NCBI GenBank assembly: GCA_902596065.1
Contig: CACJSL010000002.1
Span: 12,794-76,793 of the forward strand
DNA: 64,000 nt
DNA from: an uncultured Alphaproteobacteria bacterium
GTDB taxonomy: Bacteria > Pseudomonadota > Alphaproteobacteria > HIMB59 > GCA-002718135
Reading direction: 5' to 3'
In this document: piece by piece, positions 8,506-18,033 of the stretch
Position numbering within the stretch: the first letter of the stretch is position 1
Layout of the letters: the number at the start of each line of letters is the position of its first letter
Notes under the pieces: model-generated
Database searches by the model: none
Told to the model about the DNA's origin: nothing
The model's input: only the letters and a program-made list of their open reading frames with translations
Translations under genes and position numbers: made by a program

Positions 8506-10086
8506 TTAAGATTTTAGATCATGAAATAACTTATAAGTAATACTATCATAGATAGCATTGTAAGAGGCATCAATAATATTGGGAGATACTCCAATTGTTG
8601 TCCAATGACGATTGCTATCATCGGTTGATTCAATTAAAACTCTTGTAACTGCTCCAGTTCCTTTATCAGAAGATAAAATCATTACTTTAAAATCTGTTAG
8701 CTTTAGATTCTTTAAAGTTGGATAAAAACTAATCAAAGCTTTTCTTAAAGCACTATCAATTGCATTTACAGGACCATTTCCAACTCCTACGGTCATTCTC
8801 TCTTCATCTGCAACATGAACATTAATTGTAGCCTCTGATTCTGTTATAAGTTGACCTTTTGCATTCCATCTTCTTTCATCTGTAACTCTAAATTTTTGAA
8901 GAGTATAAAAATCAACTATTTCACCTATTTCTTTTCTAACCAAAACTTCAAAACTAGCTAGAGCAGTATCATAAGAAAAACCTTCGGATTCTTTTTCTTT
9001 AATAATTCTAAGAATTTTATTAATTTTATCATCTGAGAGATTAATTGACATTTTATTTAATTGAGTAATTAAATTCGATTTTCCTGCTTGATCTGAAATG
9101 ATAACATTTCTAAAATTTCCAACTATAGAAGGATTAATATGTTCATAAGTTTCCGGATTTTTTTCTACAGCTGAAGCATGAAGTCCTCCCTTATGAGAAA
9201 ATGCATATTCTCCTACATAAGGGCTTTGTTTTTTTGAGGGGGTATTCAATATTTCATCAACTAATCTAGATAATTTAGTAATATCACTTAGTTTATCTTT
9301 ATTAATATTTATTTGATAATCAGTTTTAAGAGCTAATGTAGGAATAAGAGAAATTAAATTAGCATTTCCACATCTTTCTCCTAGTCCATTAATTGTTCCT
9401 TGAATTTGCTTTGCACCTGCATTTATTGCAGCAAGAGAATTTGCTACAGCATTTTCTGTATCATTATGAGCATGAATACCAATATTTTTTCCAGGTATTT
9501 CTTTAGTAACCCTAGAAACAATTTCAAAAATTTCATTAGGTAAAGTTCCACCATTAGTATCACATAAAACTATCCATCTAGCACCTGATTCATAAGCTGC
9601 CATTAAACATTCAATAGAGTATTTCTCATTATATTTAAATCCATCAAAAAAATGTTCTGCATCAAATATTGCCTCTTTATTTTTTTTGGTTATTTCTTTA
9701 ATGCTTTCAGATATCATTAGTAGATTTTCATTTTTATCTATTGATAAAGCCTCGGTAACTTGGAACAATGAAGATTTACCTACTAAACAAATAGATGTAG
9801 CCTTAGAGTTTATTAAAGTATTAAGTCCAGGATCATTGCCAGCACTTTTGCTAGGTCTTCTAGTCATGCCAAAAGCTGTAAAAGATGAATTATTAAATTT
9901 TATATCTCTATTAAAAAATTCATCGTCAGTAGGGTTAGCACCAGGCCAACCTCCTTCAATATAATCAACACCTAATTCATCTAAAGCTTTAGAAATAATC
10001 ATTTTATCACTAACAGTAAAATTTACTCCAGTTGTTTGTTGACCATCTCTTAGGGTGGTATCAAATAAATAAATCTTATTTTCCAT
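8506..10086 (-). CDS. cimA: Citramalate synthase / LeuA-related 2-isopropylmalate synthase family protein
   Basis: 526 aa. The N-terminus LFDTTLRDGQQTTGVNFTV, HAHNDTENAVANSLAAI, and the length with C-terminal regulatory domain fit the CimA (LeuA_rel) subgroup. Confidence 0.8.
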   Translation of the reverse strand: MENKIYLFDTTLRDGQQTTGVNFTVSDKMIISKALDELGVDYIEGGWPGANPTDDEFFNRDIKFNNSSFTAFGMTRRPSKSAGNDPGLNTLINSKATSICLVGKSSLFQVTEALSIDKNENLLMISESIKEITKKNKEAIFDAEHFFDGFKYNEKYSIECLMAAYESGARWIVLCDTNGGTLPNEIFEIVSRVTKEIPGKNIGIHAHNDTENAVANSLAAINAGAKQIQGTINGLGERCGNANLISLIPTLALKTDYQININKDKLSDITKLSRLVDEILNTPSKKQSPYVGEYAFSHKGGLHASAVEKNPETYEHINPSIVGNFRNVIISDQAGKSNLITQLNKMSINLSDDKINKILRIIKEKESEGFSYDTALASFEVLVRKEIGEIVDFYTLQKFRVTDERRWNAKGQLITESEATINVHVADEERMTVGVGNGPVNAIDSALRKALISFYPTLKNLKLTDFKVMILSSDKGTGAVTRVLIESTDDSNRHWTTIGVSPNIIDASYNAIYDSITYKLFHDLKS

Positions 10087-10151
10087 TATTTTAGGCCTGC
10101 TAAATGAAAAGATAATTAATGTCGAGTTAATTCAAAATTTAAAGACTTATT

Positions 10152-11498
10152 TTAAGCAATTACACCTAATTTCTTCATAATGTTGTTTCTTGTAAGTAAA
10201 GGGAGTAAGAATTTTAACTCAGGCCCCTTTGCTTTTCCAGTTAATGCCATTCTTAGAGGCATAAACAAATCTTTTCCTTTTTTCCCAGTTTTTTTATTTA
10301 TTTCCATAATCCATTCATCCCAACTATCAATAGTGTATGGTTCTTTAGGCAATAAATTGGCAGCATCTTTTAAAAATTCTTTATCGTCTGCATAAAATGG
10401 TTTTTCTGTTTTAATAATATTATGCCATTCTAAACATTCTGAGAAAAAATTTATATTGTTCTTAACAAAAATCCAAAAATTATTATCGGCATGTATTCTT
10501 AAATCAAGAAATTTATTTTTTACATCTGAATATGTATATTTTTGTAATATTTCTTTATTTAATAATTTTAAAACTTCAATTGAAAATTTAGGAGAAGAAT
10601 TTGAAATATTAGATATATTATAATTATTTATTAATTTAGTTACATCTGTTTCACTACTAATATTAGAACTTGTACCAACGCTTAAAAGATAATTTAATAT
10701 TGTTAAACTTTCAAATCCAGTGTCTCTAAGTTTTTCAATTGACAAACTACCTAATCTTTTTCCAAATGCTTTTCCATTTTCATCAGTTAAAAATGGGTGA
10801 TGTCCAAAAGTTGGAATAGCTGAATTTAAGGCTTCAAAAATTTGTATATGAAATGCAGTATTTGAAATATGATCCTCACCTCTAATAATTTCTGAAACTC
10901 CTTCTTCAATATCATCTATTACAGAAGGCAAATGATATAATAAAGTTTCATCCTCTCTAATCAATACAGGATCACTTAAATTCTTACTTTCAAATGATAC
11001 TTTTCCTTTTATCAAATCATTCCATTCAATAGTTTTATTTTCAAGTTTGAATCTCCAATGTGGTTTTTTACCTGATAGCAAAAGATTTTTAATTTCAATT
11101 TCAGTTAGATGAAGAGAGCTTCTATCATAAATAGGTGGTTTGCCAGAAGTAAGTTGTGATTTTTTCTTAAGTGATAGCTCTTCTTGGCTTTCAAAGCATG
11201 GGTAAAGTCTATTATCTTTTTTTAATTTTTCTATACTTTGATCATATATTTTTTTTCTATCAGATTGATTAAATGATTTGTTCCAACTAATTCCAAGCCA
11301 ACTTAAATCTCTTTTTATTTTTTCTTCGTATTCTTTCTTGCTTCTTTCTATATCGGTATCATCAATTCTTAAGATAAAATTTCCTTTTTTATTATTTATA
11401 TAAGCCCAATTTAAAACTGCTGATCTAGCGTTTCCAATATGAATTAAACCAGTTGGACTAGGGGCAAACCTGGATAAAGAATTCATTTTATTTTTCAA
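10152..11498 (-). CDS. gltX: Glutamyl-tRNA synthetase
   Basis: 448 aa. SRFAPSPTGLIHIGNARSA carries the HIGH motif, followed by a class I catalytic core. Confidence 0.93.
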   Translation of the reverse strand: MKNKMNSLSRFAPSPTGLIHIGNARSAVLNWAYINNKKGNFILRIDDTDIERSKKEYEEKIKRDLSWLGISWNKSFNQSDRKKIYDQSIEKLKKDNRLYPCFESQEELSLKKKSQLTSGKPPIYDRSSLHLTEIEIKNLLLSGKKPHWRFKLENKTIEWNDLIKGKVSFESKNLSDPVLIREDETLLYHLPSVIDDIEEGVSEIIRGEDHISNTAFHIQIFEALNSAIPTFGHHPFLTDENGKAFGKRLGSLSIEKLRDTGFESLTILNYLLSVGTSSNISSETDVTKLINNYNISNISNSSPKFSIEVLKLLNKEILQKYTYSDVKNKFLDLRIHADNNFWIFVKNNINFFSECLEWHNIIKTEKPFYADDKEFLKDAANLLPKEPYTIDSWDEWIMEINKKTGKKGKDLFMPLRMALTGKAKGPELKFLLPLLTRNNIMKKLGVIA

Positions 11499-12225
11499 AT
11501 TTACAAACTGGAATTGATATCATTTTATGTAAGTTTTGTTCTCTAATTTTATTATATTTTTCAAAATGAGGACTATCTTTATTTTCCATAGCTTCCTCTA
11601 TTTCCTTATAGGTTAATCCAAGTTGAGATTCATCATTTCTACTATCATCCCACAAACCATCCGTGGGTGGAGCGTTTACTATGTCTTTATTAATTTCTAA
11701 CTCTTTTGCCATTTCCCAAACTTGAGATTTTGTACAATCAGCAATTGGTGAGATATCTACACCTCCATCTCCATATTTAGTATAAAAACCAACACCAAAA
11801 TCTTCTACTTTATTTCCGGTTCCCACTACTATGCCATTACTAGATTGTGCAATTTGATACAAAGTAATCATTCTGAGTCTTGAACGAGAATTTGCAAATG
11901 CTAATTTATTCTCATATTCTTTCATTGCTTTTTCAAAAGAATTAAAAACATGATCTAATTCTATAATTTTTGTTTCAACATTGTTATATTTACTTTTTAA
12001 CCATTCCAAATGCTGTAAACTTAAATAGTGTTGCTCACTATTTTGTCTTATTGGCATAGATACTGCGATTGTTTTTAATTTTGTTTTTGCCGATAAAGTA
12101 CTTGCTACTGCAGAGTCAACTCCTCCTGAGACTCCTATAATCAAAGAAACTGGATTATACTTAACTTTGTCTGAATAACCTTTTATCCAATCAACTATAA
12201 ATTCTATTCTCTCATTAACTAACAT
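11488..12225 (-). CDS. nadE: NH3-dependent NAD+ synthetase
   Basis: 245 aa with the PP-loop GVSGGVDSAV and NadE-like blocks (GTGNKVEDFGVGFYTKYGDGGVD). It overlaps gltX by 11 nt. Confidence 0.9.
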   Translation of the reverse strand: MLVNERIEFIVDWIKGYSDKVKYNPVSLIIGVSGGVDSAVASTLSAKTKLKTIAVSMPIRQNSEQHYLSLQHLEWLKSKYNNVETKIIELDHVFNSFEKAMKEYENKLAFANSRSRLRMITLYQIAQSSNGIVVGTGNKVEDFGVGFYTKYGDGGVDISPIADCTKSQVWEMAKELEINKDIVNAPPTDGLWDDSRNDESQLGLTYKEIEEAMENKDSPHFEKYNKIREQNLHKMISIPVCKFEK

Positions 12226-12249
12226 ACTATTTAATATATAAATGTTATT

Positions 12250-13626
12250 TTATAGATTGGAAGACTGCTGTAATCTAATTCTTTCATCTTTTAAAAAATC
12301 TGAAAGAATAAAAGCCAATTCTAAAGATTGAGAAGCATTTAATCTTGGATCACAGTAAGTATGATATCTGCTTTTTAAGTCATCTTCAGTAACTTCTCTA
12401 ATTCCACCTATACATTCTGTTACATCTTGACCGGTCATCTCTAGATGAATTCCGCCAGGATATGTTCCTTCTGAACGATGAATCTTAAAGAACTGTTCTA
12501 TCTCTGAAATTATATTAGTTAGTGGTCTAGTTTTATACCCTGTATTAGATTTAATAGTATTTCCGTGCATAGGATCACAAGCCCAAACCACCTTATAGTC
12601 AGTTTTGCTAACCTCTCTAATTATTTGAGGTAAAATTGAAGAAATTTTATCTGCTCCCATGCGACATATTAAAGTAACTCTTCCAGGAATATTATTTGGA
12701 TTAACAACTTCAATAATTTTTAGGAGTTCACTAACTTCTGTAGAAGGTCCTACTTTTATACCTATTGGATTTTCTATGCCTTTAATAAATTCAATATGAG
12801 CGCCATCAAGTTGTCTTGTTCTGTCTCCGACCCACAGCATATGAGCAGATACATCATACCAAAGACCAGTAGTACTATCTACTCTAGTCAACGCTTCTTC
12901 ATAAGGAAGCAATAAAGCTTCATGACTAGTATAAAAATCTGTTTCATTCATTTGACGAACATTTTCATCATTAATCCCACAAGCTTCCATAAAAGTTAAA
13001 CATTCATCTATTCTATTTGCCATATCTTCAAATCTTTTTTTATACTGATTGTCATCTGCAAAACTCAAATTCCATTGATGAATTTGTTTTAAATTAGCAA
13101 AACCTCCTTGAGCAAATGCTCTTAATAAATTCAGAGTAGCTGCTGACTGATTATAAGCTTGTATCAATCTTTTTGGATCAGCAGTTCTCGATTTTTCATT
13201 AAAATCAATACCATTTATAATATCGCCTTTATATGATTCTAATTCTAGATTATCTAACTTTTCTGTATCCTGGGATCTCGGTTTTGCAAACTGACCAGCA
13301 ATACGACCAACTTTTACAACTGGGCAAGAAGCACCATAAGTTAAAACTACAGCCATTTGTAACATAACTTTAAAAGAGTCTCTGATATTATTAGGATTAA
13401 AATCTGCAAAACTTTCAGCACAATCACCTCCTTGAAGTAAAAATGCTTTGCCATTAGCAACATCTCCTAATTGCTTTAGCAAATTTCTTGATTCACCTGC
13501 AAATACTAAAGGCGGATATGCAGTAAGTTTATTAGTAATTAGATTTAATGCTTTTTCATCAGAATAATTAGGCAAGTGTTTTGCCTTTTTTTCTCTCCAA
13601 GAGCTAGGTTTCCAATTTTTATTCAT
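12250..13626 (-). CDS. 3-deoxy-7-phosphoheptulonate (DAHP) synthase, class II
   Basis: 458 aa. WRxKxAxQxPxY-type N-terminus (SWREKKAKHLPNY), GRIAGQFAKPRS and DPMHGNT are class II (plant-like) DAHP synthase blocks. Confidence 0.9.
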   Translation of the reverse strand: MNKNWKPSSWREKKAKHLPNYSDEKALNLITNKLTAYPPLVFAGESRNLLKQLGDVANGKAFLLQGGDCAESFADFNPNNIRDSFKVMLQMAVVLTYGASCPVVKVGRIAGQFAKPRSQDTEKLDNLELESYKGDIINGIDFNEKSRTADPKRLIQAYNQSAATLNLLRAFAQGGFANLKQIHQWNLSFADDNQYKKRFEDMANRIDECLTFMEACGINDENVRQMNETDFYTSHEALLLPYEEALTRVDSTTGLWYDVSAHMLWVGDRTRQLDGAHIEFIKGIENPIGIKVGPSTEVSELLKIIEVVNPNNIPGRVTLICRMGADKISSILPQIIREVSKTDYKVVWACDPMHGNTIKSNTGYKTRPLTNIISEIEQFFKIHRSEGTYPGGIHLEMTGQDVTECIGGIREVTEDDLKSRYHTYCDPRLNASQSLELAFILSDFLKDERIRLQQSSNL

Positions 13627-13678
13627 ATTTATAAAAGCGTAATAAACTCTAAAGAATCTTGAAACAAGTCCAATATAA

Positions 13679-14977
13679 TTATTTTTTTCCCCGTTTTCTT
13701 AGAATTTTTAGATCAGATCTCTCAAGTGCTAAATAATTAGCAGGTATATTTCTAGTAACAACACTTCCAGCTCCTATTGTAGCTTTTCTACCAATAGTAA
13801 TAGGAGCTACTAAAGAGCAGTTAGAACCAACAAAAACTTGATCCTTAATAATAGTTTTATTTTTTTTCTTTCCATCATAATTACAAGTAATAGTTCCCGC
13901 TCCAACATTTACATTTTTTCCCAAATGTGAGTCCCCAATATAAGATAAATGACTAATAGAATTTTTATTTCCAATAACAGAATTTTTTATTTCTACAAAA
14001 TTACCAATTTTTGTATTTTTTCCAATTTTAGATTTTGGTCTTATTCTCGCACTAGGGCCTATTGAGGAATTTTCTCCAATAGAACACTCTTCAATAACAC
14101 TATAACTTTTAATTAATACATTTTCATCAATCAGTACCCTTGGTTTAAAAGTTACAAAAGGTTCAATTATGGATCCTTTTTTAATTTTTGTATCTACACA
14201 TAAACGTATAGTTTCTGGTTGTTGTAAAATCACACCATTCTTAATAATATTTGCTTTAAGTTTTTTTTGAAGTATTTTATCAACTAATATTAAATCATCT
14301 ATAGTATTAATGCCTAATGTTTCTTCTTGTGGACAAATAATATAACTAAAACCCTTTCTTAAATTATTAAATATTTGAAATATATCTGGTAAGTATTTTT
14401 CCTTTTTTAAATTTTTATCAGAAATTTTATTAATATTGCTAAATAATAATTTGGCATTGCATAACATTACTCCTGAATTACAAAGCAATATTTTTTTTTC
14501 AATTAAAGAAGTATTTATTTCCTCAACGACAGAAATAATTTTTTTATCTTTTGCCTTCACTCTGCCATATCCATAAGGATTATTGGTTTTAAAAGCTATC
14601 ATTGATCCTATGGATCCATTTTTAACATAATTATTATAAAGTTTTGTAATTGTATTAGAAGATAGCAACGGAACATCACCAAATAGAATTAAAACATTTT
14701 TATTTTTGATATATTTTTTGGCACAAACTATTGCATCTGCTGTACCCTTTTGATTTTTTTGTAATACACATTTTGCATATGGAAATTTATTTTTAATTTC
14801 AATGATATTTTCTTTATTACAAACAAAAATAACTTCTTTATTAGAAATTTTTTTTGCTACCTGATAAACATGGTTAATAATTTCAATTCCTGCAAGGTCT
14901 TGAAAAATTTTAGATTTTTTATGCTTAAATCTTGTACTCTTTCCAGCAGCTAAAATTACAGTAGTTATTTTTTTCAT
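13679..14977 (-). CDS. glmU: Bifunctional GlcNAc-1-P uridyltransferase / GlcN-1-P acetyltransferase
   Basis: 432 aa. N-terminal LAAGKSTRF nucleotidyltransferase motif, then a C-terminal left-handed beta-helix of hexapeptide repeats (IG.N..IG.F.EIKNS.IG...). Confidence 0.9.
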   Translation of the reverse strand: MKKITTVILAAGKSTRFKHKKSKIFQDLAGIEIINHVYQVAKKISNKEVIFVCNKENIIEIKNKFPYAKCVLQKNQKGTADAIVCAKKYIKNKNVLILFGDVPLLSSNTITKLYNNYVKNGSIGSMIAFKTNNPYGYGRVKAKDKKIISVVEEINTSLIEKKILLCNSGVMLCNAKLLFSNINKISDKNLKKEKYLPDIFQIFNNLRKGFSYIICPQEETLGINTIDDLILVDKILQKKLKANIIKNGVILQQPETIRLCVDTKIKKGSIIEPFVTFKPRVLIDENVLIKSYSVIEECSIGENSSIGPSARIRPKSKIGKNTKIGNFVEIKNSVIGNKNSISHLSYIGDSHLGKNVNVGAGTITCNYDGKKKNKTIIKDQVFVGSNCSLVAPITIGRKATIGAGSVVTRNIPANYLALERSDLKILRKRGKK

Positions 14978-14993
14978 TTTAAGTTGGCAAAAT

Positions 14994-15626
14994 TTAGAAA
15001 TTTCTTACAATTTCATTACCAACATTAATAATTTCTTTAGAAGCATCTGAGGTAACACTTATATCAACTACTCCCCTACCAACTGAAAATGTTTCGGCAT
15101 AAATTATTTTACCAGAAACTCTAGATCTTGCAATTTTTGCTCCAGCGTATCTCAATCTCATAATCATAGCTTCTGTTAACTTTGCTCTTGGCATAACTCT
15201 ATTTAAGATAACAGTTGTTTTTTTTCTTTCTTCTTTAGCTACATTTAAAAAAGGAATTGTAGCCATAAGATCTAATGGACTTGGTTGAACAGGAACAAAA
15301 ATATAATCTGATGATTTGACGATTTGTATTGTTTCAAAAGTAATTGAAGGAGGGCTATCTATAATAATAAAATTATATTTTCTTTTAATTTTTTTTAGAT
15401 CTTCCTTTAAGTTTCTTGGGTCAAAAGCATAGCTATCAATACCCATAGGCTCTTCTCCATAATATTTTTTTCTAGCATCTAGCCAATATGTAAGACTTTT
15501 TTGTGCATCAGCATCTATAACAGCAACTTTATAATCACTATTTGCCCATAATACTGCTAAATTTGCAGATAATGTAGTTTTACCTGATCCTCCTTTTTGA
15601 TTAGCAAATGATATAATTTTACCCAT
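14994..15626 (-). CDS. Orphan ParA/MinD-like P-loop ATPase
   Basis: Deviant Walker A in MGKIISFANQKGGSGKTT. I place the start at this ATG (15624-15626); the track adds 12 codons upstream. No parB-like gene is adjacent. Confidence 0.8.
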   Translation of the reverse strand: MGKIISFANQKGGSGKTTLSANLAVLWANSDYKVAVIDADAQKSLTYWLDARKKYYGEEPMGIDSYAFDPRNLKEDLKKIKRKYNFIIIDSPPSITFETIQIVKSSDYIFVPVQPSPLDLMATIPFLNVAKEERKKTTVILNRVMPRAKLTEAMIMRLRYAGAKIARSRVSGKIIYAETFSVGRGVVDISVTSDASKEIINVGNEIVRNF

Positions 15627-15702
15627 ATTAAAACTTGTAAAAAATTTGTAAGACAATAACAATTTTATGTCTATATAAATTCTGTAAATAAGACAAAATA
15701 TT

Positions 15703-16638
15703 ATGAAAAAAATGTTAGAATTAGCTAAAAAAACCTTTCAGAATGGTGGATTAGTTATCTTTCCTACTGAAACTGTTTATGGACTAGGTGGAGATGCAAC
15801 AAATGATATAGCACTTAAAAAGATATTTAAATTAAAAAAAAGACCTAGAAATAATCCCCTTATATGTCATTTTAAAAATATAAAAGAAGTAAAAAAAAAT
15901 TGTAAAATAAAAACCTTAGATGAAAAATTAATTAATTTATTTTGGCCAGGTCCTTTAACATTAATTTTAGAAAAGAAAAAAACAAGTTCAATTAGTCCAT
16001 TAGTGTCAAATAGTATGAATTTCATTGGATGCCGTATACCAAATAATAAAACTGCTAAAAGTTTGTTAAATCTACTTAATTTTCCTATAGCAGCTCCTAG
16101 TGCTAATATTGCAACAAAAATTTCTAGCACTCACCCTTTGCATTTACTAAAATATTTTAAGAAAAAAGTTTTTATTTTAGATGGCGGTAGATCTAAATTA
16201 GGACTTGAATCAACAGTCATAAAAACTTTTAATAAACATATAAAAATATTAAGATTAGGAAGTATTAGTATAGAAGAAATAAAATCTAAATTACCTAATG
16301 TGAAAATAATTATCTCAAATAATAAATCAATAATTTCTCCAGGAAATCAAAAAAAACATTATGCTCCTAACTTACCGATAAGAATAAATGTAAAAAAAAT
16401 GAATAAAAATGAAAGTTTGTTAAATTTTGGAAAAAATAATCTTAAATCTAATATTTGTGAATATAATCTCAGTACTTCAGGCAATTTAAAGGAAGCAAGC
16501 AAAAATTTTTTTTATTATTTGCATCTTCTTGATAATACTAAATGTTCTAAAATTGCTGTTGCACCTATACCTAATTATGGATTAGGAAAAACCATTAATG
16601 ATAAATTAAAAAGAGCCTCTTATAATAAAAATAATTAA
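15703..16638 (+). CDS. tsaC: L-threonylcarbamoyladenylate synthase (Sua5/YrdC/TsaC family, with Sua5 C-terminal domain)
   Basis: 311 aa with FPTETVYGLGGDATN, PLICH, WPGPLTLIL and APSAN blocks. Confidence 0.85.
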   Translation: MKKMLELAKKTFQNGGLVIFPTETVYGLGGDATNDIALKKIFKLKKRPRNNPLICHFKNIKEVKKNCKIKTLDEKLINLFWPGPLTLILEKKKTSSISPLVSNSMNFIGCRIPNNKTAKSLLNLLNFPIAAPSANIATKISSTHPLHLLKYFKKKVFILDGGRSKLGLESTVIKTFNKHIKILRLGSISIEEIKSKLPNVKIIISNNKSIISPGNQKKHYAPNLPIRINVKKMNKNESLLNFGKNNLKSNICEYNLSTSGNLKEASKNFFYYLHLLDNTKCSKIAVAPIPNYGLGKTINDKLKRASYNKNN

Positions 16639-17960
16639 AATTTATATTTTATTGAGTCTCTTAGTTTATAATAAAAAATAGCTGAAGAATAAATAGGTCT
16701 TCTAAAAAAATCTCCTCCTGGAATTATTAGATGTTTTATATTAGAGAATAAATCAAACCTTTCTGATTTTCCATCAATTTTTTCAGAAATCAATTTTCCT
16801 GCAAATGTGCTTAAGGCAAGTCCATGACCAGAATAACCTTGTGCATAAATTAATTTATTATTCATTAAAGTGCCAAAATGAGGAAGTCGATTAATAGTAA
16901 TAGCTAAAGTTCCACCCCAAGCAAAATCTATTTTGCAATCTTTAAGTGTAGGAAATACTTTATCCATTCTATTTTTAACAAAATTTTTAGAATTTTTCAC
17001 AAACATAGCAGAATAAGTTTCCCCACCTCCAAAAATCAATCTCCAATCTTCTGAAAATCGGTAATAATCTATTATAAATCTAGTATCACATACAGCATGA
17101 TTATTTTTTATAAGTTCTCTAGCTTTTTTTTCTCCTAAAGGTTCTGTTGCAATTACGTAATTATTTATAGGCATAAACCTTTGTCTAATATTGCTAAGTA
17201 AATTATCTAAATATCCATTACAAGCTACTACCACTCTTTTAGATTTAATTTTTTTTAGATTTGAATAGCAATACATAGAATCTTCATGCTCTATTATTTT
17301 AGTTATAGGTGTGTTTTCAAAAACTTTTATTTTTGTAGAGTTAATTTGATTTGCTATACCTATTAAAAATTTTAAAGGATTAATATGATAGCTGCCATAA
17401 TTAATTAATCCAGATTCATATATATTAGATTTAATTTCATCTTTTATTTGAATTTTGTTTAAAAGTTTTAAATTTGTATAATTATAAAATTTTTCTAGAT
17501 GATTTTTTTCTTCTTCAAAATATTTTATATCTTTTTTAAAGCATCCTGCACTAATTACGCCATTTTGTAAATTGCAATCAATTTTATATTTATTTATTAA
17601 ATCAATTGAATATTGAACTGCATCTAAGCCAAAATTCCAAAATTCCCTCGCAGTTTCAAATCCTAATTTCTTTTCAAGAAAAAATTGATCTTTTCGCATC
17701 CCATTACCTAACTGACCGCCATTTCTTCCTGAAGCGCCCCAGCCAATTAATCTTGATTCACATAAAGCTACAGAATATCCTTTATTGACTAAGTTCAACG
17801 CACTTGATACTCCTGTTAACCCTCCTCCAACAATACAAATATCAACCTCTAAATAATCTTCTAAAAAATCTTCTGAAGAATAGGGTTTTATAGAATGTCT
17901 ATAATAACTTTCTTTTTCATTATCATGTTGTTCATAGGTCTTTTTTTTGTTAAATAACAT
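16635..17960 (-). CDS. DAO-family FAD-dependent oxidoreductase (PuuB/PauB-like gamma-glutamyl-amine oxidase candidate)
   Basis: Dinucleotide fold DICIVGGGLTGVSSAL with a DAO-type C-terminus. I prefer the ATG at 17958-17960; the track start at 17975 is a TTG five codons upstream. Confidence 0.8.
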   Translation of the reverse strand: MLFNKKKTYEQHDNEKESYYRHSIKPYSSEDFLEDYLEVDICIVGGGLTGVSSALNLVNKGYSVALCESRLIGWGASGRNGGQLGNGMRKDQFFLEKKLGFETAREFWNFGLDAVQYSIDLINKYKIDCNLQNGVISAGCFKKDIKYFEEEKNHLEKFYNYTNLKLLNKIQIKDEIKSNIYESGLINYGSYHINPLKFLIGIANQINSTKIKVFENTPITKIIEHEDSMYCYSNLKKIKSKRVVVACNGYLDNLLSNIRQRFMPINNYVIATEPLGEKKARELIKNNHAVCDTRFIIDYYRFSEDWRLIFGGGETYSAMFVKNSKNFVKNRMDKVFPTLKDCKIDFAWGGTLAITINRLPHFGTLMNNKLIYAQGYSGHGLALSTFAGKLISEKIDGKSERFDLFSNIKHLIIPGGDFFRRPIYSSAIFYYKLRDSIKYKF

Positions 17961-17982
17961 AATAATATGAAACAATAATATC

Positions 17983-18009
17983 GTAATTCCTTTTCAAAAC
18001 AAGAATTAC
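17983..18009. promoter_or_regulatory. Inverted repeat GTAATTC-N13-GAATTAC in the divergent promoter gap
   Basis: GTAATTC (17983-17989) and its exact reverse complement GAATTAC (18003-18009) lie in the 73-bp gap between the divergently transcribed FAD oxidoreductase and GS-like genes. Confidence 0.3.
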
Positions 18010-18033
18010 ATATTTCAAATTTAAATAATCATT

